Source: Alphaproteobacteria bacterium (GTDB lineage Bacteria; Pseudomonadota; Alphaproteobacteria; GCA-2731375). Taken from it: a stretch of 64,000 bases of DNA. Under the pieces are notes generated by a model. It did no database searches. It was not told the DNA's origin and was given only the letters and a program-made list of their open reading frames with translations. Of this stretch, positions 9,572 through 19,552 are shown in pieces. The position numbers and the translations under genes are program-made. The stretch lies in contig CBDDBZ010000037.1 of NCBI GenBank assembly GCA_965225945.1, positions 96,001-160,000 on the forward strand. Reading direction: 5' to 3'. Numbering within the stretch: position 1 is the stretch's first letter; each line of letters opens with the position of its first letter.

Positions 9572-10765
9572 TTAATTTTCCAGCGACTTGAAATAGCTGT
9601 CCACCGCTGCCGCGACCGAACGGACGATCGCGATGCGGGAGCTGTCGCGCTGGAGGTAGGTGGCGTCGGCCTTGTTGGAGAGATAGCCGAGTTCCAACAG
9701 CACCGAAGCGACGTCAGGCGCCTTCAAAACACGAAATGCGGCGAAGCGATGGGGTTTGCCCCGCATCCGGATCTTGGCGCGCCGGAACTCGGGTACGACC
9801 GTCGTCGCGAAGCGCGCCGCGTAGTTCATGGTCTCGCGCTGCGCCAGGTCGATCAGGATCGAGACCACTTCGTCGTCGTGCTCGTCCAGGGTGATGCCGG
9901 CGATGAGGTCGGACCTGTTTTCCTTGGCCGCCAATGCCTCCGCCTCGAGGTCCGAGCCTTTTTCGGAGAGCGTATAGATGGCGCCGCCCCGCACGCTCTC
10001 GTCGGCGATCGCATCCGCGTGAAGCGAGATGAAGAGATCGGCGCCGGCGTCCTGGGCGATCTGAACCCGCCGGCGAAGCCGAACAAAGACGTCGCGCTTG
10101 CGCGTCAGGACGATTTTGTAGGTCTTTCGCTTCACCAGTTCCTGTTCGATGGCGCGGGCGTATTTCAGGACCAAGTGCTTTTCGAAATTGCCGTCGTGGC
10201 CGACCGTGCCGGGATCGACCCCGCCATGCCCCGGGTCGAGCACGATGATCCGGGGGCCGGCGCTTCGGCCTTGCGGCTTCGCCATCGGCCTCGGCGGCGC
10301 GACGGGTCGTCGAACCGAGCGGACGGCGGGTTTCAGGGCCGCCGCGAAGCGCGCCGCGTCGGTCGGCACGAGGTCCATGACGAAGCGATATCCGGCCCCG
10401 TCCCGGGGCGTCAGCACGAAGGCTTGGCTCACCCGCGTCGGGCCGTCCGTATCGACCACGAGGCGGGAGTTGCCGGGCTTGAAAAGGCCGAAGCGATAGC
10501 CCTTGATCGAACCGATTCGCCGCCGGAACGCCTCGACCGGTGCCGCCACCGTCAATTCTGGCAGATCGACCACCACGCGATAGGGCGCCGCCAAGGTAAA
10601 AACCCGGAACTTCACGGTGTCCGAAAGATCGAGAACGATCCGCGTCTTTTCCGGATGGGCACCGACGCGAATATCGGTGAGCCTCGGCTCAGCGGCAGCG
10701 CCGAGGCTTGTCGCCACAAGGGCAAAAACGGCCACGATTTCGAATGCGGAGCTCAGCTTTTTCAC
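9572..10765 (-). CDS. amiC: N-acetylmuramoyl-L-alanine amidase (AMIN + Amidase_3)
   Basis: LDPGHGGVDPG, FISLHAD, LLELGYLSN; signal peptide after the GTG at 10765 (the longer ORF is antisense run-through of the IS). Confidence 0.9.
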   Translation of the reverse strand: MKKLSSAFEIVAVFALVATSLGAAAEPRLTDIRVGAHPEKTRIVLDLSDTVKFRVFTLAAPYRVVVDLPELTVAAPVEAFRRRIGSIKGYRFGLFKPGNSRLVVDTDGPTRVSQAFVLTPRDGAGYRFVMDLVPTDAARFAAALKPAVRSVRRPVAPPRPMAKPQGRSAGPRIIVLDPGHGGVDPGTVGHDGNFEKHLVLKYARAIEQELVKRKTYKIVLTRKRDVFVRLRRRVQIAQDAGADLFISLHADAIADESVRGGAIYTLSEKGSDLEAEALAAKENRSDLIAGITLDEHDDEVVSILIDLAQRETMNYAARFATTVVPEFRRAKIRMRGKPHRFAAFRVLKAPDVASVLLELGYLSNKADATYLQRDSSRIAIVRSVAAAVDSYFKSLEN

Positions 10766-10771
10766 AGATTT

Positions 10772-10780
10772 AGTATAGCA
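10772..10780 (-). promoter_or_regulatory. putative extended -10 promoter (TGcTATACT) for amiC
   Basis: TG-N-TATACT ends 6 nt before the GTG start. Confidence 0.5.
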
Positions 10781-10788
10781 CACTCTAA

Positions 10789-11930
10789 TATACCCCGACT
10801 CCCCGCAGACCCGAAAAAGTTCTGGCAATCCGGCTGCGGATCGATTCTTCTCGCGGTCATGATTCGCGGTGGATTTCTGAGCATCGAGGAACGCGCGGCC
10901 CTGGAGGCGGTGATGGGGCATCCGAGCGAGACCCACGGGGTGGCGCGCCGCGCGAACGCCGTTCTGCTCTTGGATGACGGCTTGAGCTGCGTCGAGGTGG
11001 CGAAGGTGCTCTACCTCGACGACGACACGGTGCGGACGTGGCTGAAGCGCTACCGTGCGGGCGGCCTGGATGAAATGACGCTGTTCGACTGGCATGGCCG
11101 GTCGGGCCATCTGAGCCGGGAGCAAGAGGCGGAGCTTTCGGCCCATCTGAGCCAACGGCTTTACCGCGATACCGGCGAGGTGGCGGCCCATATCAAGGCG
11201 ACCTACGGAGTGATCTACAGCCATTCGGGCTGCATCAAGGTGATGCATCGCCTGGGCTTCGAATACAAGCGCCCGAAAAGCCTGCCGGCTCAGGCCGATG
11301 AGGCCGAGCAGGCCGCCTTTATCGAGGCCTATGATAAGTTGCTCAACGGCTTGGCCGCCGACGAGGTGGTCTACTTCGCCGATGCGGTGCACCCGGAATT
11401 CCAGTCCCGCCCAGTCCATGGCTGGGTCAAGAAGGGCGACAAAGTGGCGTTACGCCGGACCTCGGGGCGCCAGCGCATCAATCTCCACGGCGCGCTCAAC
11501 CTGGAAAACTTCCACTGCCCCTTGGTCCAGGCCGAGAGGATCAACGCCGCCTCGACGATCGCGCTGTTCGAGATGCTGGAGGCCACCAATCCCGGCAAGT
11601 CGCGGATCTATGTCTTCGCCGACAATGCCCGCTATCACCACGCCCGCCTGGTCCGACAATGGCTGGAGAGACCGGGTTGCCGCATCAAGCTCTTCTTCCA
11701 ACCGTCCTACGCTCCCCACCTCAACGCCATCGAGCGATTATGGGGCGTCATGCATCGCGAGGTGACCCACAACAGCTTCTACGCCAGCTTCGCCCTCTTC
11801 ACCGAAGCCATCGACGATTTCTTCCGCCGACGACTGCCACGAGAGTGGACGACGTGGCGCGACACCATCACCGACAATTTCCGAATCATCTCGCACAAGG
11901 ATTTTCGGGCTCTGGAGTGAGGCGAGTATA
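10789..11930 (+). mobile_element. IS630-family insertion sequence, including flanking TA duplications
   Basis: imperfect terminal IRs TATACCCCGACTCCCCGCAGACCCGAAAA vs revcomp TATACTCGCCTCACTCCAGAGCCCGAAAA; TA at 10789-90 and 11929-30. Confidence 0.9.
10859..11920 (+). CDS. IS630-family transposase (intact)
   Basis: N-terminal HTHs; DDE motifs YFADAVH, ADNARYH, PHLNAIERLW. Confidence 0.93.
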   Translation: MIRGGFLSIEERAALEAVMGHPSETHGVARRANAVLLLDDGLSCVEVAKVLYLDDDTVRTWLKRYRAGGLDEMTLFDWHGRSGHLSREQEAELSAHLSQRLYRDTGEVAAHIKATYGVIYSHSGCIKVMHRLGFEYKRPKSLPAQADEAEQAAFIEAYDKLLNGLAADEVVYFADAVHPEFQSRPVHGWVKKGDKVALRRTSGRQRINLHGALNLENFHCPLVQAERINAASTIALFEMLEATNPGKSRIYVFADNARYHHARLVRQWLERPGCRIKLFFQPSYAPHLNAIERLWGVMHREVTHNSFYASFALFTEAIDDFFRRRLPREWTTWRDTITDNFRIISHKDFRALE

Positions 11931-12002
11931 GCCACCACATGTTCCGAGATTCGGTGTCGACGCTCCCTGTAACGGCGCTGGGCGCTCGAGGTGAATTAGC
12001 GA

Positions 12003-12031
12003 TTGGCGCCGACGCGGAAGGTCCCTATTAT
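12003..12031 (+). promoter_or_regulatory. putative sigma70 promoter for rne
   Basis: TTGGCG-N17-TATTAT. Confidence 0.45.
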
Positions 12032-12374
12032 GGCCGGGCAATGCTTCGTAGTCTGATTTCCCCGAATGACATGATGAATTGGCGTTCGGCGTCGGTGCGG
12101 CGGTACCGGCCCGAGGTGCGCATGCTCGCGTGCCCCGGAACCGTTCCGGTCGCGGCACTTCGGACGAGACGGATTGATCTTGAAACTCCGAAGTCGCTTT
12201 CCCCGACGATCTGGGGCGAGGCACGGCTCGGTTCTCCCCGGGCGGGGTTTGTGCGCGATGGCGACATCGTCCATTCCGCGTCCCGGGTCGAGTGGGCCGT
12301 CGACGGCTTCGACCAAACATGGGACCCCGCGGGCGTTCACCTACCGGGCGGACGTGGCGGCGGGGCTAGGGAAC

Positions 12375-14978
12375 ATGACAGTACGCATGCTCATCGACGC
12401 GACGCATGCCGAGGAAACTCGCGTCGTCGTCGTTCGGGGTAATCGCCTCGAGGCCTTCGATTTCGAGTCCGCCTCCAGGCGACAGCTCAAGGGCAACATC
12501 TATCTGGCCAAGGTAATGCGGGTCGAGCCGTCGCTGCAGGCCGCGTTCGTCGAATACGGTGGCAACCGCCACGGCTTCCTGGCTTTCAACGAAATCCATC
12601 CGGACTACTACCAGATCCCAGTGGAGGACCGTGAGGCGCTGCTCGAAGAGGAGGCGCAGAACGCCAGCGAGGAAGCGGCGGCGGAAGAGGCCGAGGTCAT
12701 TGCCGAGGGCGCCGGCCAGGCCTCGGACGAGACCGAGACCGGCAGCGACGAAGCGCCGGCGACCGCTTCCGGCGACGACGGTGGCGATGGCGATAGTGAT
12801 AGTGATGACGGTGACGGTGGCGACGACGGTGGTGATGGCGACGCCCTGGACGAGGTGCCGCGTCGCCGCCCGCAACGGCGCTACAAGATCCAAGAGGTGG
12901 TCAAGCGCCGCCAGGTCCTGCTGGTTCAGGTGGTGAAGGAAGAGCGGGGCAACAAGGGTGCCGCGCTCACCACCTATCTCTCGCTCGCCGGACGCTATTG
13001 CGTGTTGATGCCGAACACCGCGCGCGGCGGCGGGATCAGCCGCAAGATCACCAATCAGGTGGCGCGCAAGAAGCTCAAGAATATCGTCGCCGATTTCGAG
13101 CTCGCCGAGGGCATGGGCGTGATCGTGCGTACCGCCGGCATGAGCCGCACCAAGGCGGAGATTCGGCGCGATTTCGAGTACATGCTGAGAGTTTGGGACC
13201 AAGTCCGGGAAGTGACGCTGGAATCGACCGCGCCCGCGCTGGTCTATGAAGAGGCCAACCTCATCACCCGCACGATCCGCGATCTCTACACCAAGGAGGT
13301 GGAGGAGATCCTGGTCGAAGGCGAAATGGGTTACCGGACCGCCAAGGACTTCATGCGGACGATGCAGCCGAGCCACGCCAAGCGCGTACAGCACTACAAG
13401 GACCGCATCCCGCTGCTGCACCGCTATAAGGTGGAGCAGCAGCTCGACCAGATGCATTCCAACGTCGTGCAATTGAAGTCGGGCGGCTACCTCGTGATCA
13501 ACCCGACCGAGGCGCTGGTGGCCATCGACGTCAATTCCGGTCGCTCGACCCGCGAGCACCACATCGAGGAAACCGCGCTCAAGACCAACCTGGAGGCCTC
13601 GGACGAGGTCGCCCGTCAGTTGCGTCTGCGCGATCTCGCCGGGCTCATCGTCATCGACTACATCGACATGAGCGAGAACCGCAACAATCGGGCGGTCGAG
13701 CGGCGACTGAAGGACGGTCTGAAGGTCGACCGGGCGCGCCTCCAGGTCGGTCGGATCTCCGGCTTCGGCCTGTTGGAAATGTCACGCCAGCGGCTGCGCA
13801 CCAGCCTGTTCGAGGCCAGCACCGTCAAGTGCAAGATCTGTGCCGGCACCGGCTTCGTTCGTTCCACCGAATCGACCGCCTTTCAACTGCTCAGGGCGAT
13901 CGAGGACGAGGGCGTTCGCGGCCGGGCCAATTCGATCACGCTGACCGTGCCCACGGCGGTGGCGCTCTATGTCTTGAACCAGAAGCGCGACGCGCTCGCG
14001 GAGATCGAGCAGCGCTACGTCATACGGGTCGCGGTCGTCGGCGACGATGACCTGGTGCCGCCGAACTTCGAGCTGGTGATCGACGTCGCTCGAGGCGACG
14101 GCGGGGCCGAAGCGGACGGCGCCGTAACGGCGCCGCGCGAGCCCGAGAAAGAGGTCGAGGTCGAGGCCGAGGCCGATGGCCGCAAGCGCCGCCGCCGCCC
14201 CAGCGAGGAGGACGAGACCGAGGTGACCCGGGAGTCGTCGCGCGCCGAAGCACCGGCGGAGGCCGAGAAGCAAGCCGAGAGCGAAGGCGATGGCCGCAAG
14301 CGCCGCCGCCGCCGTCCCCGCCGGGCCGAGGGTGAGGGGGCCGAGGCGAAGGAAAGCATGGCCGGGGTCGAGAGCGCCGAGAAAACGGAGGCCGCCGCCG
14401 AGGATGGCGAGGACGGTGGCACGCGTCGTCGCCGTCGTCGTGGCCGCCGTGGCGGCAAGCGCCGGCGCGACGGCCAGGGCGAGGATGCGGCGGTCGAGAC
14501 GGCGAAGACGGCGGACGAGGCCGCGCCGGAGGCGGACGACGTTCCCGCCCAGGATGCGGTGGCGTTGCCGCGCGACGTCGCGGTCGAGGCCGAAGAGGAA
14601 GCGGCCCCGGTCGACGCGGCCGCGATCGTGGCGGCCGCCGCCAAACCGGTCGTCGAGGCTCCCCTCGGCCAAGCGTCGGAGGAAACCGAGGAAAACGCCG
14701 CCGTCGAGGTGGCCGAGGCTGTGCCGGACGTCGCGGACGTCGCGGGCGTCGCGGACGCAGAGGAAACCGAGGAAGCCGAGGAAGCCGAGGAAGCCCAGCC
14801 CGAGCCCGCCCCACTCGCCGCGAGCGACGATGACGCGCCGCCGATGGGCGAGCCCGAGGGCGAGGCGTCGGTGGTCGCGATCGAGGAACCGGAGGATCGC
14901 GACGAGCCCGCCGCCGACGAGGCGCCAGACGACGACCGGCCCAAGCGTCGCGGCTGGTGGCGAAAAAAGAACGGTTAG
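12375..14978 (+). CDS. rne: ribonuclease E
   Basis: MLIDATHAEETRV, GNIYLAKV, AIDVNSG, IVIDYIDM, CxxC zinc link, acidic/Arg-rich tail ending RRGWW. Confidence 0.96.
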   Translation: MTVRMLIDATHAEETRVVVVRGNRLEAFDFESASRRQLKGNIYLAKVMRVEPSLQAAFVEYGGNRHGFLAFNEIHPDYYQIPVEDREALLEEEAQNASEEAAAEEAEVIAEGAGQASDETETGSDEAPATASGDDGGDGDSDSDDGDGGDDGGDGDALDEVPRRRPQRRYKIQEVVKRRQVLLVQVVKEERGNKGAALTTYLSLAGRYCVLMPNTARGGGISRKITNQVARKKLKNIVADFELAEGMGVIVRTAGMSRTKAEIRRDFEYMLRVWDQVREVTLESTAPALVYEEANLITRTIRDLYTKEVEEILVEGEMGYRTAKDFMRTMQPSHAKRVQHYKDRIPLLHRYKVEQQLDQMHSNVVQLKSGGYLVINPTEALVAIDVNSGRSTREHHIEETALKTNLEASDEVARQLRLRDLAGLIVIDYIDMSENRNNRAVERRLKDGLKVDRARLQVGRISGFGLLEMSRQRLRTSLFEASTVKCKICAGTGFVRSTESTAFQLLRAIEDEGVRGRANSITLTVPTAVALYVLNQKRDALAEIEQRYVIRVAVVGDDDLVPPNFELVIDVARGDGGAEADGAVTAPREPEKEVEVEAEADGRKRRRRPSEEDETEVTRESSRAEAPAEAEKQAESEGDGRKRRRRRPRRAEGEGAEAKESMAGVESAEKTEAAAEDGEDGGTRRRRRRGRRGGKRRRDGQGEDAAVETAKTADEAAPEADDVPAQDAVALPRDVAVEAEEEAAPVDAAAIVAAAAKPVVEAPLGQASEETEENAAVEVAEAVPDVADVAGVADAEETEEAEEAEEAQPEPAPLAASDDDAPPMGEPEGEASVVAIEEPEDRDEPAADEAPDDDRPKRRGWWRKKNG

Positions 14979-15985
14979 TCCGAACCTTCGAGCGCGCGGC
15001 GGAAGATCGCCGCGTCGACGTTGCCGCCGGAGCAGACCACGGCCACGGTGCGCCCGCCGAGTTCGATCTCGCTGCCGAGCGCCGCCGCCAGCGCCACCGC
15101 ACCGCCTGGTTCCACCACCAGCTTGAGCTCGGCGAAGGCGGTGGCCATGGCCTGGAGCGCTTCGTCGTCGCTGGCCGCCATGCCGCGTGCCACCAGACGG
15201 CGGTTGATCTCGAAGGTGAGGGCACCCGGCCGGGGCGCCAGCAGCGCATCGCAGAGGCTGGTGACGCCCACCTCGTTCGCCATCCGCGCGCCCGCCGCCA
15301 GCGAGCGGCGGGTGTCGTCGAAGCCTCGGGGTTCCACCGTCACGACCTCGGTCTCCGGCGCGAGCGCGCGCACCGCCGTCGCCACCCCCGCGGTCAGTCC
15401 CCCGCCGCCGCACGGCACCAGCACCAGGTCCGGCGCGGCGCCCAGCGCCCGGGCCTGGGCCATCAGCTCCAGGCCGACCGTGCCCTGGCCGGCGATGATG
15501 CGGGCGTCGTCGAACGGGCGTACCAGGGTGCCGCCCCGGCTTTCGACGATCTCGGCCGCGATTCCCTCGCGGGAATCGTGATCGCGGTGATCGTAGGTCC
15601 TGACCTCGGCGCCCCAGCCCTCGGTGCCGCGCCGTTTCATGGCGGGCGCGTCGTCGGGCATCACGATGATCGCCGGCGCGCCCAGGAACCGGGCCGCCGC
15701 CGCCACGCCTTGGGCGTGGTTGCCGGAGGAGAAGGCGACGACGCCTTTCGCGCGGCACTCGGGCTCCAGGCCGGCGATAAGGTTGTAGGCGCCGCGAAAC
15801 TTGAAGGAGCCGGTCACCTGCAACATTTCGGCCTTCACCAGCAGACGGCCGCCCAGCCGCTCGTCGAGGCGTGGAGATTCGAGCAGCGGGGTCACGACCG
15901 CGCGGCCTTGAAGGCGCCTCGCTGCCGCCTCGATGTCGGCGAGGCCCGGGGGATCGCGGCTGGGATCGCGGCTGGGGTCGGTCAT
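14975..15985 (-). CDS. PLP-dependent threonine/serine dehydratase family protein
   Basis: TGSFKFRGA, SSGNHAQG, PCGGGGL, VVEPGGA, SGGNVD. Confidence 0.9.
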   Translation of the reverse strand: MTDPSRDPSRDPPGLADIEAAARRLQGRAVVTPLLESPRLDERLGGRLLVKAEMLQVTGSFKFRGAYNLIAGLEPECRAKGVVAFSSGNHAQGVAAAARFLGAPAIIVMPDDAPAMKRRGTEGWGAEVRTYDHRDHDSREGIAAEIVESRGGTLVRPFDDARIIAGQGTVGLELMAQARALGAAPDLVLVPCGGGGLTAGVATAVRALAPETEVVTVEPRGFDDTRRSLAAGARMANEVGVTSLCDALLAPRPGALTFEINRRLVARGMAASDDEALQAMATAFAELKLVVEPGGAVALAAALGSEIELGGRTVAVVCSGGNVDAAIFRRALEGSD

Positions 15986-16857
15986 GTCGCGCGATCGATC
16001 GTCGCGAGGAAGTCGGTCAGGGCCGAGACGACCTCCGGTTCGTCGAGACGCGGGGCATGGCCTCGGCGCGCCACGGTCAGCCTGCGAAGATCCGGTTTTC
16101 GCCGCGCCATTTCCTCGAACATCGCCCGGCTCACGATCTCGGACAGCCCGCCCCGGATCGCCAAGGTCGGCACCTCCTCGAGGGTCATGAACTGGTCCCA
16201 AAATTCGAGCGGCCGGCCCGGGCCGAAGCTCGCCATGGCGTCGAGGATCGTCGGATCATAGTCGGCTTGCATCCGACCTTCGGGGCCGGGGCGGTAGCGC
16301 TGCTCCGCTTCCCGCCGCCAGTCCTCGTCGTCGAAGTCGGGAAAGGCCGCGCCCTCGCTCTCCCGCAGCAGCCGCGCGGCATCGTCCAGGTCCCTGGGGT
16401 TGGCGAGGCGTCCCAGACGGGCGCCAAGGTTCGCGAGGGCACCGCCGTCGATCACCGGGCCGACGTCGTTCAGCACCACGCCCGCGAGCGCCGTCGGCCG
16501 CGCCGCGCCGAGCCCCATGGCCAGAATGCCGCCCAGCGAGGTGCCGACGACCACCACCCGGTGACAGTTGGCGAGCGTCAGCAGGTGCGCGATGTCGTTC
16601 AGGTAGGTCTCGAACTGATAGTTGGTGGGGTCCGAATCGCGGGCTGAGCGGCCGCGGCCGCGAAGATCGAGCGCCAGGACCCGCCGCTCGGGCGCGAGCA
16701 TCCTCGCCAGGTCGTGGAAATCGGCGCTGTTGCGGGTGAGCCCGGCGAGGCAGAGCACCGGAGTGGGCGTGGACCAGGCCTCGCCATAGTCGCGAAAGTA
16801 GAGACGCAGCCCGTCCTGCGCGCTGAACTCGCGGGCCCGGTAGTCCGCTAGCGCCAT
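15982..16857 (-). CDS. alpha/beta hydrolase
   Basis: GLTRNSADF, DLRGRG, GTSLGG nucleophile elbow, GHAP. Confidence 0.88.
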   Translation of the reverse strand: MALADYRAREFSAQDGLRLYFRDYGEAWSTPTPVLCLAGLTRNSADFHDLARMLAPERRVLALDLRGRGRSARDSDPTNYQFETYLNDIAHLLTLANCHRVVVVGTSLGGILAMGLGAARPTALAGVVLNDVGPVIDGGALANLGARLGRLANPRDLDDAARLLRESEGAAFPDFDDEDWRREAEQRYRPGPEGRMQADYDPTILDAMASFGPGRPLEFWDQFMTLEEVPTLAIRGGLSEIVSRAMFEEMARRKPDLRRLTVARRGHAPRLDEPEVVSALTDFLATIDRAT

Positions 16858-17546
16858 CAATCGGCCCCGACGATGCCCGGCAGTGGCCGTAGCGAATCGA
16901 TCTCGGCCCGGGGCGCCCCCGGCAGCCGCTCGCGCGCCTGGCCGAAGCGATTGACCCAGACCACCTGGAAACCGTATGCGGCGGCACCGTGGGCGTCCCA
17001 GGCGTTGGAGGATTGGAAGGCGACCGCGTCGCCGTCGACGCCGAGGTGGCGGCCGACCTGGGCATAGACTGCCGGAGTCGGCTTGTAGACGCGGAACTCG
17101 TCGACCGAGATCACCGCATCCAGCAATTCGGCGATGTCCGAGCCCTCGGCCGCCGCCGCCAGCATGTCTGGCGAGCCGTTGGAAAGGATCGCGGTCTTCA
17201 TCCCGGCCGCCTTCAGCCTGCTCAGAACCTCCGGCACCTCGGCGTAGCAGTCGAGCCGCATGTAGAGCTCGAGCAGGCGGCCGCGCAAGCCCGCGTCCTC
17301 GATCCCGAGGCTCGCCATCGCGAAGTCGAGGCCGTCCTGGGTGATTTGCCAGAAATCGACATAGGCGCCCATCAGGCTCCTGAGCCAGGTGTACTGCAAC
17401 TGCTTCTGCCGCCGGAGGTCGGCCAGCGGTTGCCACTCCTCGCCGAGCTCGCCCTGGCAATGTCCCGCCGCCGCCGTGACGTCGAAGAGGGTGCCGTAGG
17501 CGTCGAAGACGCAGGCGCCGATGCCCTCCAGGCGAATCTCCAACAT
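16857..17546 (-). CDS. haloacid dehalogenase type II
   Basis: FDAYGTL, ILSNGS, YKP, SSNAWD. Confidence 0.9.
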   Translation of the reverse strand: MLEIRLEGIGACVFDAYGTLFDVTAAAGHCQGELGEEWQPLADLRRQKQLQYTWLRSLMGAYVDFWQITQDGLDFAMASLGIEDAGLRGRLLELYMRLDCYAEVPEVLSRLKAAGMKTAILSNGSPDMLAAAAEGSDIAELLDAVISVDEFRVYKPTPAVYAQVGRHLGVDGDAVAFQSSNAWDAHGAAAYGFQVVWVNRFGQARERLPGAPRAEIDSLRPLPGIVGAD

Positions 17547-17601
17547 GGCTCGCTCCTCCCTCGCTCGCACCTCCCCCGGCGGCGGTCACCCTAGACGAGG
17601 C

Positions 17602-17736
17602 TAGAGCAGCATCCGTCCAATTGGAATCGCTTTCAGCGATCCAATTGGCGGATAAAGCTGCTCTACATCTTGAAGAACAGAGCAATATCCGAACGGATGG
17701 AACCGCGCCGGTTCCATCCGTTCGGATATTGCTCTG
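17602..17736. repeat. double-hairpin palindromic intergenic element (MITE/RPE-like)
   Basis: TAGAGCAGC...GCTGCTCTA hairpin 17602-17665; perfect 28-bp IR 17678-17705/17709-17736. Confidence 0.8.
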
Positions 17737-17813
17737 GCGGCCTCGCCAACCGGTGGCCTGGGCTCGGCTCGTCGGTTACCATGCGCTGAGATCACGCGAA
17801 GGAGGGGAACGGG

Positions 17814-18647
17814 ATGGCGAGGGTATTGAGCGCCGAGGCCATCGAGCAGTACTGGCGCGACGGTTTCTACACCCCGATCGAGATCATGACCGAGGCCGAG
17901 GTGGGGGCCGCCCGCGCCTCGCTCGAGGCCTTCGAGGCCGCGAACGGCGGACCACTCAAGGGCGCCAATCGCTTCAAGAGCCACTTGCTGTTCAAATGGC
18001 TCGCCGATCTGGCGCGCGCGCCCCGGGTGCTGGACGTGGTCGAGGATCTGATCGGCCCCGACATCATGCTCTGGTCGAGCAACTGGTTCATCAAGGAGGC
18101 CAGCTCGGAGCAGTACGTCTCCTGGCATCAGGACAGCGGTTATTGGGGATTGGACACCCGCCGGCTGGTCAGCGTCTGGATCGCGCTCTCGCCGGCGACG
18201 GTCGAAAGCGGCTGCATGCGGATCATGCCCGGCAGCCAGGAATGGCCGGACCAGGAGCATGTCGAGACCTTCGCCGAGAATAACATGCTGACCCGGGGGC
18301 AGGCGATCCGGGGCCTGGACGAGGCTGGGGCCATCGACCTGGAGGTCGCGACCGGCAGCGGCGCGCTCTTCGCCTATCGCCTGTTGCATTCCTCGCCGCC
18401 CAATCGGACCGACGATCGCCGGATCGCCATCGTGCTCCGTTATATCCCGCCGGAGACGAAGCAGACGCTGGTCGAATGGGACAGCGCCGCCCTGGTTCGC
18501 GGCGAGGACCGCTTCGGCCATTTCGAGCACGAGCCGGTGCCGGCTCGAGACCTCGACCCCGCCGCCGTCGCCTTCCACAGGAAAGCGGAGGAACAGCAGC
18601 GCGCCATCTATTATCAAGGCACCGAGTGGACCGAGCACCGCACCTGA
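17814..18647 (+). CDS. phytanoyl-CoA dioxygenase (PhyH)-family Fe/2OG dioxygenase
   Basis: WHQD, VWIAL, LHSS, RRIA. Confidence 0.88.
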   Translation: MARVLSAEAIEQYWRDGFYTPIEIMTEAEVGAARASLEAFEAANGGPLKGANRFKSHLLFKWLADLARAPRVLDVVEDLIGPDIMLWSSNWFIKEASSEQYVSWHQDSGYWGLDTRRLVSVWIALSPATVESGCMRIMPGSQEWPDQEHVETFAENNMLTRGQAIRGLDEAGAIDLEVATGSGALFAYRLLHSSPPNRTDDRRIAIVLRYIPPETKQTLVEWDSAALVRGEDRFGHFEHEPVPARDLDPAAVAFHRKAEEQQRAIYYQGTEWTEHRT

Positions 18648-18718
18648 GAGGCTGACTCGAAAGTGCTCGAGGGCCGGTGATGCGGCGAAATGTCGCCGAT
18701 GGCGGGGAGGGGAAACGC

Positions 18719-19552
18719 GTGAGCAGTAACCGGGAAGCGAAACTGCAAGGGCTTCGCGAAGAGGCGCTGATGATCCGACGCGGGCTCTGGCGGGCGTTCC
18801 ATGCCGCCGGCTCCGGCCATATCGGCGGCTCGGCCTCGGCGGCGGATCTGCTGGCGGCGCTCTATTTCCACCACCTGAGGCTTCGCCCGGGCGAGCCCGA
18901 GTGGCCGGAGCGCGACCGCTTCGTGCTCTCCAAGGGCCACGCCAACGGCGCGCTCGCCGCCGTGCTGGCCCGTGCCGGCTTCTTCGCCGAGGACATGCTC
19001 GACGAATTCTACGGTCTCGATTCCCTGCTCGGCATGCATCCCGACATCAAGTGCCCCGGCGTCGAGATGTGCACCGGCGCGCTCGGCCACGGGCTCTCCG
19101 TCGGCCTCGGCATGGCGCTCGGCGCCCGGCTCGGCCGCCGCGACTTCCGCACCATCGTCATGCTGGGCGACGGCGAATTGCAGGAAGGCTCCAACTGGGA
19201 GGCGGCGATGCTCGCCGCCCACCTGAGGCTTTGCGAGCTGACGGCAATCGTCGACTACAACAAGGTGCAGCAGAGCGGCCATGTCGGCGAGCTGGTGGGT
19301 CTGGAGCCGCTCGCCGACAAATGGCGCGCCTTCGGCTGGGAGGTGCGGGAGTGCGACGGTCACGCGATGGAGGAGATCGTGGACGCGCTCGACGCGCTCC
19401 CCTTTACCGCCGAGAAGCCCTCGCTGCTGATCGCCCATACGATCAAGGGCAAGGGCGTCGGTTTCGCCGAGGATACCTACCTCTGGCACAACAACATGGT
19501 CACCGACGAGGTCTACGCCGAGGCCCTGGCCGAGCTGGGCGAAGTGTCGTGA
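18719..19552 (+). CDS. transketolase, N-terminal TPP-binding subunit
   Basis: GHIGGS, DRFVLSKGH, GDGELQEG, TIKGKG; start uncertain. Confidence 0.88.
   Translation: MSSNREAKLQGLREEALMIRRGLWRAFHAAGSGHIGGSASAADLLAALYFHHLRLRPGEPEWPERDRFVLSKGHANGALAAVLARAGFFAEDMLDEFYGLDSLLGMHPDIKCPGVEMCTGALGHGLSVGLGMALGARLGRRDFRTIVMLGDGELQEGSNWEAAMLAAHLRLCELTAIVDYNKVQQSGHVGELVGLEPLADKWRAFGWEVRECDGHAMEEIVDALDALPFTAEKPSLLIAHTIKGKGVGFAEDTYLWHNNMVTDEVYAEALAELGEVS

Noticed and set aside
9572-11419. Apparent 615-aa N-terminally extended amidase
   Set aside because: The extension is the antisense strand of the IS630 transposase
12771-14978. Asp/Gly, Arg and Glu/Ala repeats in rne
   Set aside because: Expected disordered S1 insert and C-terminal scaffold of alphaproteobacterial RNase E
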